This document shows positions 17,922 to 25,971 of a stretch of DNA of 64,000 bases, in pieces. A program made the translations under genes and the position numbers. Every line of letters starts with the position of its first letter. The stretch's first letter is position 1. The stretch spans positions 122,702 through 186,701 of the forward strand of contig CP066690.1 in NCBI GenBank assembly GCA_016432465.1. Direction: 5' to 3'. The stretch comes from Candidatus Sungiibacteriota bacterium. Lineage in GTDB: Bacteria; Patescibacteriota; Minisyncoccia; Sungbacterales; HO2-52-23. The notes under the pieces are model-generated. The model had not been told where the DNA came from. It saw only the letters and a list, made by a program, of their open reading frames with translations, and did not search any database.

Positions 17922-18899
17922 CTATTCTAGATCATGCTGCACAATATTTTCACGATACCAGGCAAGGGTACGCTTTAACCCCTCATCCAGAAGAATCTGC
18001 GGGGTCCAACCAAAATTTCTTTCAGCCTTACTTGAATCCAGAACAGGTTTGGAAGGAATAGCCGACTTGAGGGCGCCAAACTCCACCCTAAGGGGTTTTT
18101 GCATCAAAACCATAACCTTCTCCAGAAGCGCGCGCAGGGAAAGAGGGCTACCCGATCCAATACTATAGATCTCAAAGGAACTGGATTGCTTACCCAAAAG
18201 TAATTCAATAAAACGTACAAGATCCGAAACATATAGGAGGTCTACTTCCTCGCTTCCATCGCCATCTACGTTGATCGTTCCCCCGTGTGGTGCCGACATG
18301 ACTTTAGTGATAGCGGTACCGACTGTGCGGGAACTTTCGAGGTTGAATCTGTCATGCGGACCATAAATACTGGCGGGTCGCACAATACTAAATCGTGTCC
18401 TACTACGCATTGAATAAAAGTCACAAAGACGCTCTGTATATAATTTTGTTAATGCTGCGCCAATGTCTTTTTTATCAATTCGTCCCTGACCCGTAATGCT
18501 TTCCCAATCCGGACGACCCAAACACAGAAAATAAACTGCTGGGCTGCTCAAAAAAATAAATTGTTTAACAGAGTTTCTAGCTGCCTCCTCAAGTAACAAC
18601 ATATTCATCACGATATTAGCGGTTGAATCAAAGTACGGCGGGATCGCCTGATCTTTGGCATCTGAAGTTGCGGCAGCTGCATGAATAACCACATCAAAGC
18701 CTACCTGCAATATCTTTGGTATAAGATCAAGATCCCGCAGATCAACCCGAAGAAGCTTGGGGTTTACGCTGAACTTTCGCGAAAAGTAGGTGCCATAAAC
18801 TTCAAGATCTGCTCGCTGGGAAAGAGCTTCAAACAAATTTCTCCCGATAAAACCCGAGGCGCCGGTGATAAGCACACTCTGCTTTTTTGCATGTGCCAT
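17922..18899 (-). CDS. NAD-dependent epimerase/dehydratase (GDP-fucose-synthase-like extended SDR)
   Basis: VLITGASGFIGRNLFEAL Rossmann motif. Paralog of 22161..23138. Confidence 0.7.
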   Translation of the reverse strand: MAHAKKQSVLITGASGFIGRNLFEALSQRADLEVYGTYFSRKFSVNPKLLRVDLRDLDLIPKILQVGFDVVIHAAAATSDAKDQAIPPYFDSTANIVMNMLLLEEAARNSVKQFIFLSSPAVYFLCLGRPDWESITGQGRIDKKDIGAALTKLYTERLCDFYSMRSRTRFSIVRPASIYGPHDRFNLESSRTVGTAITKVMSAPHGGTINVDGDGSEEVDLLYVSDLVRFIELLLGKQSSSFEIYSIGSGSPLSLRALLEKVMVLMQKPLRVEFGALKSAIPSKPVLDSSKAERNFGWTPQILLDEGLKRTLAWYRENIVQHDLE

Positions 18900-19044
18900 A
18901 CCAATACCTCCTCCATTTTTTAGGCGCTGTCTATTATGTATCAGTTACTTTACAAATTGTCAATCAACCCGTTTTCAGCGCTTTTATCCACGCACCAAAA
19001 GACCACGGGCTTGCCCGTGGAGCTTCATCTTTAAAAAGGAACTA

Positions 19045-19082
19045 GAACTTATGACTCGCGCCTAGGCGCGAGTCATAAGTTC
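19045..19082 (-). terminator. Perfect 17-3-17 palindrome overlapping the stop of the transketolase C-subunit gene; probable terminator or protein-binding site
   Basis: GAACTTATGACTCGCGCC-TAG-GCGCGAGTCATAAGTTC, followed on the minus strand by a T-rich stretch. An additional hairpin CCACGGGCttGCCCGTGG lies at 18999-19016. Confidence 0.45.
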
Positions 19083-19967
19083 TTTTACTTTTTTCATAAT
19101 GCGTTCCGGTGTGGGCGGCAGGTTATCAAGATGGGGCGCAAAACCCGCGGTGCGTTCCTCCAGACACAAAACATCAATCTTCTTTGAGCTTTGGCGCATA
19201 ATGTCAAAACCAATACACTTGGCCACGCCGTTTTCAAAATCGCCATCAATAATCAGCCCTCCATGGCGTGAACTCTCCAACGGCCCCAGAATCCGTTCGT
19301 CGGCAAGAAACGGCTTAAGCCAAAAGAGATGCACAATGTTTACTGCTATGCCCTCTTTAGCCAGTTCCTGCGCAGCCGCTATGGCATTAAGGCGGGTGGA
19401 AGAAATGGGGTAAAGTGTAACGTCGGCGTTGGGGTGCACCACGTCTTCCATTTCATAATCAATTTTAAAACTGGTGCGATGTTCGGATACATACATAGGA
19501 CTGTCATGCTCCATAAAAAAATCCCAAGCTTTTCGGTACTCTCCCGATGTCATAGGGGCTACAATAAATACTCCCGGCATACGCTCAAACATTCCATGAT
19601 GACTCCCGGAAGCCACAGGACCCATTCCTCCGTCCATACCAATAGAGCGGACAAAAAGAGGACAGGGAATTCCCCAAAGTTCTTTTGACTTGGCGGCATA
19701 ATTAGCTATGTGCGCAGCATTAAACCACTGAAATCCCTGATAGCGCACGATATATATGGGCCGTCGGCCTGCTAGAGCATAGCCAACCGCAATTCCGCCC
19801 CCAGACACATCGGCCATGGCAAGCTCTACGATGCCCTCTTCCACCGTCATTTCGGGTACTGTTCCGCCCACCCAGCCAACAGCCGTAAGACACTGCCCCA
19901 AAGCAACACCGTTGTTTTCTTTCAGGTGCTTACGCGTTATTTCCCTGATAGTTTCTGCTGAAGTCAT
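19062..19967 (-). CDS. Transketolase-family C-terminal (pyrimidine-binding plus C-terminal domain) subunit
   Basis: Similar to the split transketolase / E1-beta layout. Adjacent to the TPP-binding N-terminal subunit gene. Confidence 0.65.
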   Translation of the reverse strand: MTSAETIREITRKHLKENNGVALGQCLTAVGWVGGTVPEMTVEEGIVELAMADVSGGGIAVGYALAGRRPIYIVRYQGFQWFNAAHIANYAAKSKELWGIPCPLFVRSIGMDGGMGPVASGSHHGMFERMPGVFIVAPMTSGEYRKAWDFFMEHDSPMYVSEHRTSFKIDYEMEDVVHPNADVTLYPISSTRLNAIAAAQELAKEGIAVNIVHLFWLKPFLADERILGPLESSRHGGLIIDGDFENGVAKCIGFDIMRQSSKKIDVLCLEERTAGFAPHLDNLPPTPERIMKKVKELMTRA

Positions 19968-19975
19968 AAAATTAA

Positions 19976-20977
19976 TTATTTAAACTCTGGCTGCCAAATA
20001 AGAGCAACCTCTTCTTCTGTCTTTTTTTCAATATTTTCTGACTTTTCTTTCAAACCAATACGGGCCAATTCCTCTTTTACCATTTGAAACCGGTCCCACT
20101 CCGGAGGGCCGTCGCAGCCAGTACCGTTGTGCCAGAGATGGCGAACTACATGTATATTAAGCAGCGCCGGCAGATTTTGCTGCAACTCTGCCGTATGACG
20201 CATGATAAGCCACGGATCATCGGTGATTTCAACGGCGGACATTTTAAAGGCCTTGGCCAGATCTGTCGCGGTCCAGTGTCTTCGCACCTTAACTTCTGTT
20301 AGTACCGAAAGATTATTATCCAGACAAATAAAAAGTATGGGCGCTTTTTTAAAAGCCGCAAAGGCCGTGGCGGCCATAACATAATCCTCTTCCAGGGCAG
20401 CATCACCCATAATTGATAGAATCTTTTCTTTGCTGTCTTTTCCCAACGCATACCCTACCGCGATGGGAACCTGCGTGCCCAAAAGACCATCATGTCCCAC
20501 CATACCTATTTTAGGCGAATGAATTGATGCTGAACCACCCATACCGCCTGCACAACCCGTAGGACGGTGCAGAAGTTCATCACGCAAGGCCACGGGATCG
20601 CCGCCATAAGCAAGATAAACATCATGGCAACGATGCTGGCCGAAAATCTTGGGCTGCTGGTAAACCATAGAAAGCGCTGCTGCCACTGACTCCTGTCCCA
20701 CTGAAAGATAAATAGGCGCCTTGATCAACTTTTTATCAGACGCCTCTTTTACTTTCAGCTCAAAATAGCGGATAAAACAGATCCTTCTAAAAACCTCAAG
20801 ATTCTCGTCTTCGCTAAAACTTTCAGAAAGACGAGAGATTTGTCCAAAGTCTTGAGACCTCATAACACACATAATACAACGAAAAATACGGTTGTCTAGT
20901 TTTTTAACAAATCCTGCTCTTGACACAAATCTGTGATATGTTTTATGCTTATTGTAGACCCTTAGGGTAGACGCCAT
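19976..20977 (-). CDS. Transketolase-family N-terminal TPP-binding subunit
   Basis: TPP motif region GDAALEEDYVMAATAFAAFKKAPILFICLDNN. The start is uncertain: internal Met residues at 20872 and 20863 are alternatives. Confidence 0.6.
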   Translation of the reverse strand: MASTLRVYNKHKTYHRFVSRAGFVKKLDNRIFRCIMCVMRSQDFGQISRLSESFSEDENLEVFRRICFIRYFELKVKEASDKKLIKAPIYLSVGQESVAAALSMVYQQPKIFGQHRCHDVYLAYGGDPVALRDELLHRPTGCAGGMGGSASIHSPKIGMVGHDGLLGTQVPIAVGYALGKDSKEKILSIMGDAALEEDYVMAATAFAAFKKAPILFICLDNNLSVLTEVKVRRHWTATDLAKAFKMSAVEITDDPWLIMRHTAELQQNLPALLNIHVVRHLWHNGTGCDGPPEWDRFQMVKEELARIGLKEKSENIEKKTEEEVALIWQPEFK

Positions 20978-20989
20978 ACGGGTGAGCTG

Positions 20990-21580
20990 ATGGATCTGGA
21001 ACTTTTAACGCCTCAAAAAGTAGGCGAGGCGACTGAACTGGTAAAAAGGGTTTTTGGGAAAACGCTTCTTAGCCAAAAATTTCGCAAGCCAACTACCGGA
21101 GAGATCTATGAATACGCGATGCATGACTATAAGTCGGGTAAGGTGCCTTCCTTGGTCTTTCCCCTAAACGTAAAACACGAAGTTGTTGCCCTTAGACAAT
21201 TCAGGCATGCTGCCAATCACTGGCTCTGGGAGTTCCCCGGAGGAAATCAGGTGACAGATGAATTGCCGGAAGAGGTGGCCAAACGAGAACTGCTGGAAGA
21301 AACCGGCTATGCCCCCACTCAACTAATCTTGCTAACCCCAAAACCCATTTGGTGCGAGCCGGCTGACTACGTTAATCCTTTTTATGCGTTTCTGGCCACA
21401 GACTGCAACCTTACCAGTAAACCACTGCTTGACCCCACAGAGTATCTGGAAGTTAAAACTTTTCCGCTATCCCAGTGGCTGGCCATGATCTGGGATGGAA
21501 AAATACGAGATTCCAAAACTATTGCAATCACTATGCTGGCACTTCCGCATCTTAATACAGAGGTCAGAAACTATAAATAA
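20990..21580 (+). CDS. NUDIX hydrolase
   Basis: Nudix box [26 protein letters not shown]. Confidence 0.7.
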   Translation: MDLELLTPQKVGEATELVKRVFGKTLLSQKFRKPTTGEIYEYAMHDYKSGKVPSLVFPLNVKHEVVALRQFRHAANHWLWEFPGGNQVTDELPEEVAKRELLEETGYAPTQLILLTPKPIWCEPADYVNPFYAFLATDCNLTSKPLLDPTEYLEVKTFPLSQWLAMIWDGKIRDSKTIAITMLALPHLNTEVRNYK

Positions 21581-21585
21581 CAACG

Positions 21586-21619
21586 GCCTCGACGTTACGT
21601 CGAGGCTGTTCTTTTTTTT
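21586..21619 (+). terminator. Rho-independent terminator (between convergent genes, likely bidirectional)
   Basis: GCCTCGACGTtACGTCGAGGC hairpin followed by a TTCTTTTTTTT run. Confidence 0.7.
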
Positions 21620-21642
21620 ATTCCAGAAAAAATATGAAGCGA

Positions 21643-22161
21643 CTAGCCATGCGGCAGGGAACGTATTTTTTCAATTATATCCGAGGTGGACAGATCTCCG
21701 TGCCCGGGTATGAGGGAACGCTCCGATATCACAAGTTCTACACCGTGTTTTTGCGCTAACTCCCGTCTATAAGGAATATCCCAAGCATCGGTGTTGATGA
21801 CGTATTTATCGGGTTTTAAAAGCTCCATTACCGTGCCCAAAAAGGCAAGCGGGTAACCTTCCACAGGAACATCCAGAAAGCAAAAATCTACGACCCTTAG
21901 CGATCCAACCATTTTCAGTCGGGCCTGCTCATTTAAAATCGGCCTTCCTTCTCCTTTGTTTTTTCTAATTAAGGCATCATGGGCTACCTCGACCACCAGT
22001 ATATCGCCAAGTTTTTTACACTTCTCAAAAAAAGCAACGTGCGCCGCGTGAAGGAGGTCAAACGCTCCGGAAACAAAAACTATGACTTGGCCCCGGAACT
22101 TACTTCTTACCAGAGGCAAATCTCTATACTCTATGAAAGTCCCCAGATCCTTGACAGCCAT
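21643..22161 (-). CDS. Cytidylyltransferase-like (HxGH) nucleotidyltransferase, RfaE domain II / glycerol-3-P cytidylyltransferase-like
   Basis: VSGAFDLLHAAHV HxGH-type motif; 172 aa. Confidence 0.6.
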   Translation of the reverse strand: MAVKDLGTFIEYRDLPLVRSKFRGQVIVFVSGAFDLLHAAHVAFFEKCKKLGDILVVEVAHDALIRKNKGEGRPILNEQARLKMVGSLRVVDFCFLDVPVEGYPLAFLGTVMELLKPDKYVINTDAWDIPYRRELAQKHGVELVISERSLIPGHGDLSTSDIIEKIRSLPHG

Positions 22162-23138
22162 TACCTCTTCCGCCTCTTTAAAATGTGGTCACGATACCAT
22201 TGGATTGTTTTTTGAAGACCTTCGTCTAATGAAATCTGCGGACTCCAGCCAAGCTTTTCACCTGCTTTAGAAATATCAAGCTTAAGTTTAGTCGGAATAG
22301 TTGGTCCAGCTGGATCAAAGTGAATTCTAACCATTCTGCCTGATAAACCAATAATCTTATCGGCAAGGGCCCGAACCGAAATTGTCTCACCCAGCCCAAC
22401 ATTAAAAATTTCATAAGCAGAACTCTGTTTGTCTATGGCCATTTCAAGAAAACGGGTCAGATCCGCAACATAAAGCAAGTCTCTTTCCTCACTGCCATCA
22501 CCGCCCAGAGTAAACACTCTACCTTCAGGCGTTTCCAGCGCGCGGGTAATGACTGTTGCGGTAACGTGCGCGCCCTCAGAGCCGAACTTGTCGTAAGGAC
22601 CGTAAATGTTGGAGTGTCTCACTACGGTAAATTTGTTTCTTCCGAGACGCGCAAAGAATTCGCACTGCTTCTCGGAAAAAATCTTCATCCAGGCTCCCCC
22701 AAAATATTTCTCATACGGACCTTGGTTCAGGTCCAGATCTTCTTCTTTAAGAATACGTCCCGTATTCATCTGATAAACCACAGCACAGCTAAGAAATACT
22801 ACGTGCGGTACACAATAGTCAAAGGCAGATCTTAACACCCAAGAATTCATAACCGCATTATCGGTCACATGAATTTCGGGACGGCTAACAATATCCTTAA
22901 CACCCGAAGTTATGGCTGCTGCCATAATAAGAACGTCATATTTCTCCCTAAGAAGCCGGGTTACGTCCTCCTGTCTGGTTAAATCCGCCGCAATCAGTCT
23001 GGGAGAAAGGGTTAAATCCCCGCGATCGGTAGCAAAAGTTCCGTACACATCAAGGTCGTCTCTTTGCGATAGCGCCTCAAAAAAATTTCTGCCTATAAAA
23101 CCAGAAGCGCCGCAAATAAGTACACGCCGTTTTTTCAT
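22161..23138 (-). CDS. NAD-dependent epimerase/dehydratase (paralog of 17922..18899)
   Basis: VLICGASGFIGRNFFEAL motif; the sequence is similar along its whole length to 17922..18899. Confidence 0.7.
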   Translation of the reverse strand: MKKRRVLICGASGFIGRNFFEALSQRDDLDVYGTFATDRGDLTLSPRLIAADLTRQEDVTRLLREKYDVLIMAAAITSGVKDIVSRPEIHVTDNAVMNSWVLRSAFDYCVPHVVFLSCAVVYQMNTGRILKEEDLDLNQGPYEKYFGGAWMKIFSEKQCEFFARLGRNKFTVVRHSNIYGPYDKFGSEGAHVTATVITRALETPEGRVFTLGGDGSEERDLLYVADLTRFLEMAIDKQSSAYEIFNVGLGETISVRALADKIIGLSGRMVRIHFDPAGPTIPTKLKLDISKAGEKLGWSPQISLDEGLQKTIQWYRDHILKRRKR

Positions 23139-23956
23139 ACGATGGACCTCACCGTGCCGCCATCAACATCAATACAGGTGCCGGTGATGAAGTTAGCGAC
23201 CGGAGATGCCAAAAAAACCACAAGATTGGCAACGTCCTCCAAGGTGCCGAGTCTGGACAGAGGGTTTTTCTTTTTATCTGTCTCCTCTGTTTTTCTTGCG
23301 GCCTCCTCCTCGCTTATACCCTCTCGTAGGGCGCGTTTCTTTACGTTGGTATCCCATCCTCCACCCCTCAAAGTGCTTGGACAGATAGCATTTACCAAGA
23401 TGTTGTACTGCCCCAGCTGATTGGCAAGGTGCTTGGAAAGATTCAACAAGGCGGCTTTAGCCGCAGAGTAATGCGGATTATAGCCACCCGGTTGACGAGC
23501 AGGCACCGAGGATATATTTATAATCCTTCCATTTCCTGATTTTTGGAGCCAAGGTAACGCCTCGCGTGAAAAATACACCGCACTCATAAAATTAAGCTCG
23601 TAGGCCCTGATCCAATCTCTGTCTTTCAAGTCACAAAATCCGCCAAAACTTTCTGCGCCGCCCACGTTATTAACCAGAACATCCAGAGATCCAATTGCTG
23701 ATATCAACCCCAAGGGCGAGAATAAGGCCATGGCTTCCTCTGACTTGGTAGCGTCTAGAACACACGTAAAAATTGTTTTAGAACAGCTGTTTTCAACGCC
23801 GCAAAGTTCCTCTCTAGCTTTCCTAAGCGACTCTGCATCACGCCCACAAATTACTACCCGTGCTCCTTCAGCCACAAAGGCGCGCGCAATAGCTTTCCCA
23901 ACACCCCGGCTTCCACCAGTAATCAATACCGTACGGTTTTTAAGATTAAGGTTCAT
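23135..23956 (-). CDS. Short-chain dehydrogenase/reductase (classical SDR)
   Basis: VLITGGSRGVGKAIA glycine-rich motif; 273 aa. Confidence 0.7.
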   Translation of the reverse strand: MNLNLKNRTVLITGGSRGVGKAIARAFVAEGARVVICGRDAESLRKAREELCGVENSCSKTIFTCVLDATKSEEAMALFSPLGLISAIGSLDVLVNNVGGAESFGGFCDLKDRDWIRAYELNFMSAVYFSREALPWLQKSGNGRIINISSVPARQPGGYNPHYSAAKAALLNLSKHLANQLGQYNILVNAICPSTLRGGGWDTNVKKRALREGISEEEAARKTEETDKKKNPLSRLGTLEDVANLVVFLASPVANFITGTCIDVDGGTVRSIV

Positions 23957-24022
23957 ATCATTCCCTCGTTAAGGTGCTTATATACTAATAAAACATCCTG
24001 TGACAAAAATCAAGTCACGCCC

Positions 24023-24051
24023 TTGACAGGAAAACCGAGTAAGGATAATAT
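24023..24051 (+). promoter_or_regulatory. Sigma-70-like promoter candidate for the NUDIX gene at 24098
   Basis: TTGACA (24023-24028), 17-nt spacer, TAATAT (24046-24051). A GGGGGT RBS lies just before the ATG at 24098. Confidence 0.4.
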
Positions 24052-24097
24052 AAATTGTCCGTACTTTGTCATTACAACACAACGACGGGGGTAACCA

Positions 24098-24667
24098 ATG
24101 CTCCACAGGCCCGTACCAATCGGTGAATTAATTTATCTAGTGGATCCGGTCTTTGGTAAAACTCTTGCCAAGCAAAGATTTCGTCACCCTACTACCGGCG
24201 AAGAATACGACTACATCTTTCTTCACGGAACAGCTCGTTGGTCCTCCATGGTAATGCCCATAACCGAAGATGGAAAAGTTGTCATAGTCTATCAATTCCG
24301 TCATGGCGCCAACGACTATATTTATGAATTCCCCGGAGGTAACGCGGATGGTGCAGAGTCTCCAATAGAGGTGGCCGCAAGAGAACTAACGGAAGAGACC
24401 GGATTTGTGGCTAAGAAAGTTTTGCCGCTGGTGCCAGAAAACATATTCATTGAACCGGTCAGCAGTATGGGAAGACTTTATGTGTATTTAGCGGTTGGCT
24501 GTCAAAAAGTAAAAGAGCCGACCCTTGATCCTTACGAATTTTTAGAAATCCAATGTTTCCCTCTGGAAAAGTGGTTTCAAATGATTCGGCAGGGAACGAT
24601 CGTAGACATGAAAACCGTTGCTATAACCCATCTGGCAGAACCCCTGCTTAAAGAAGTTGGATACTAG
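24098..24667 (+). CDS. NUDIX hydrolase (paralog)
   Basis: Nudix box EFPGGNADGAESPIEVAARELTEETG; sequence similar along its whole length to 20990..21580. Confidence 0.7.
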   Translation: MLHRPVPIGELIYLVDPVFGKTLAKQRFRHPTTGEEYDYIFLHGTARWSSMVMPITEDGKVVIVYQFRHGANDYIYEFPGGNADGAESPIEVAARELTEETGFVAKKVLPLVPENIFIEPVSSMGRLYVYLAVGCQKVKEPTLDPYEFLEIQCFPLEKWFQMIRQGTIVDMKTVAITHLAEPLLKEVGY

Positions 24668-24673
24668 ATAAAT

Positions 24674-24706
24674 CCGCAGCTGACTACTGCGGTTATTAAT
24701 TTGTTT
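24674..24706 (+). terminator. Terminator candidate
   Basis: Hairpin CCGCAGctgactaCTGCGG followed by a T-rich stretch. Confidence 0.45.
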
Positions 24707-24722
24707 GGTTCTTTGCTCCGAA

Positions 24723-25262
24723 CTAAATTTCACTAAGCTCTGGCGGCGCCAACCTCCACTTAATAAGAAAAAGTACGCCCAGCAAGCCAACCGGTTGAGG
24801 GTCTGTCTTCGTAAACATATCTATAAACTCACTTGGGGTAGCGGTTAAAACCTCTATGCCCTCCTCGGCTTGGACGCTACCTTTGTTTTTTTTTGCATTG
24901 CGGCCAAAAAAAACATGTATGTTGTCATTGATCCTATCGGCCGCCCCCAAAGCATTACCGACAAACTGCAGGTTAGAACAGACATAACCGGTTTCTTCTA
25001 AAAGTTCTCTCTGGGCGGCCTCCAGCGGAGATTCGCCCTGCTTTATTCCGCCTGCCGGTAATTCCAAAACAATCCTGTTGACTACCGGCCTAAACTGCCG
25101 TACCAAAACCATCTTCCCCTCTTCTGTAAAAACAGCCAGCACCACGCTTTGGGGAACATTAAGACGATAAATCGGTTTGCCGCATAAGGCAGGGAGATTT
25201 GGATATTCCTCGCTCTCTATATCAAACCAGTCAGTATGCAAAACAACTATTTTATTGGGCAT
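24723..25262 (-). CDS. NUDIX hydrolase (ADP-ribose/GDP-sugar pyrophosphatase-like)
   Basis: Nudix box [27 protein letters not shown]. Confidence 0.7.
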   Translation of the reverse strand: MPNKIVVLHTDWFDIESEEYPNLPALCGKPIYRLNVPQSVVLAVFTEEGKMVLVRQFRPVVNRIVLELPAGGIKQGESPLEAAQRELLEETGYVCSNLQFVGNALGAADRINDNIHVFFGRNAKKNKGSVQAEEGIEVLTATPSEFIDMFTKTDPQPVGLLGVLFLIKWRLAPPELSEI

Positions 25263-25286
25263 AATGTATTTATCTTCCGGGCGTAT

Positions 25287-25781
25287 TTAAATCGCCCTTA
25301 TCTTTTCAATAAGTTTTGTCGTTGACACTTGATCAAATTTTTTAGGGCAGCGTCTTTTAAGAACAGCAAACTTTATCCCTAATTTTTGGATAAGGTGCCT
25401 ACGGGTAGGTATATCAAAAGCGTCTTCGTTGACTACGTAGACATCGGGTTTAAGCCTGCGAAACATTTCCTCCATAAAACCAAGCGGCCGTCCCTTGGGG
25501 GCGGAAGACACAAGACAATAATCAACGGGTTTCAGGGAGTTTATCATTTTTGCCCGCATGTGGTGATTGAAGATGGGACGCTTTTCACCCTTGATGTCGC
25601 GTATGGAGACATCATCCCCGACGGCCACCACCAAAATATCTCCTTGCTTTTTGCAGTCTTCCAAAAATAAAACATGGCCGGGATGGGTCAAATCAAAAGT
25701 GCCGGAGCAAAAAACAATGGTTTTATGACGATGCTTACGTCTAACTTCGGCTAATTTATTTATGCTGATTAGTGACGCCAT
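25287..25781 (-). CDS. Cytidylyltransferase-like (HxGH) nucleotidyltransferase, paralog of 21643..22161
   Basis: FCSGTFDLTHPGHV motif; 164 aa. Confidence 0.6.
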   Translation of the reverse strand: MASLISINKLAEVRRKHRHKTIVFCSGTFDLTHPGHVLFLEDCKKQGDILVVAVGDDVSIRDIKGEKRPIFNHHMRAKMINSLKPVDYCLVSSAPKGRPLGFMEEMFRRLKPDVYVVNEDAFDIPTRRHLIQKLGIKFAVLKRRCPKKFDQVSTTKLIEKIRAI

Positions 25782-25789
25782 TTTGGTAA

Positions 25790-25970
25790 AAATCCTATTA
25801 TCTCTGGCAGAATACCTCGCGGCTTTGCCGCGAGGATGAATGCCAGCCCGGAGTCCCGGCTTGCCGGGACGGAGGAGATAACCCCGACGGTGTCGTCCGA
25901 TTTCAGGACGCGTATTCCATCAGGAATACCGCGCAGCTTGGGAAGTCAGACTTCCCTTGCTGCGCGGTCG
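25790..25970. repeat. Intergenic cluster of GC-rich hairpins including a GGGAAGTCaGACTTCCC palindrome module
   Basis: Hairpins CCTCGCGGCtttGCCGCGAGG, GTCCCGGCttGCCGGGAC and GCGCAGCttGGGAAGTCAGACTTCCCttGCTGCGC. The last one shares the GGGAAGTCnGACTTCCC core with the 120-bp element and with 45794-45810. Confidence 0.4.
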
Positions 25971-25971
25971 G

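Noticed and set aside
20921-20960. TTGACA-containing sequence that could be a promoter for the plus-strand NUDIX gene at 20990
   Set aside because: It falls inside the annotated N-terminal extension of the minus-strand TPP-subunit ORF, and the -10 element is weak (TTTTAT / TTATGC). Too ambiguous without transcript data, so it is only noted here.
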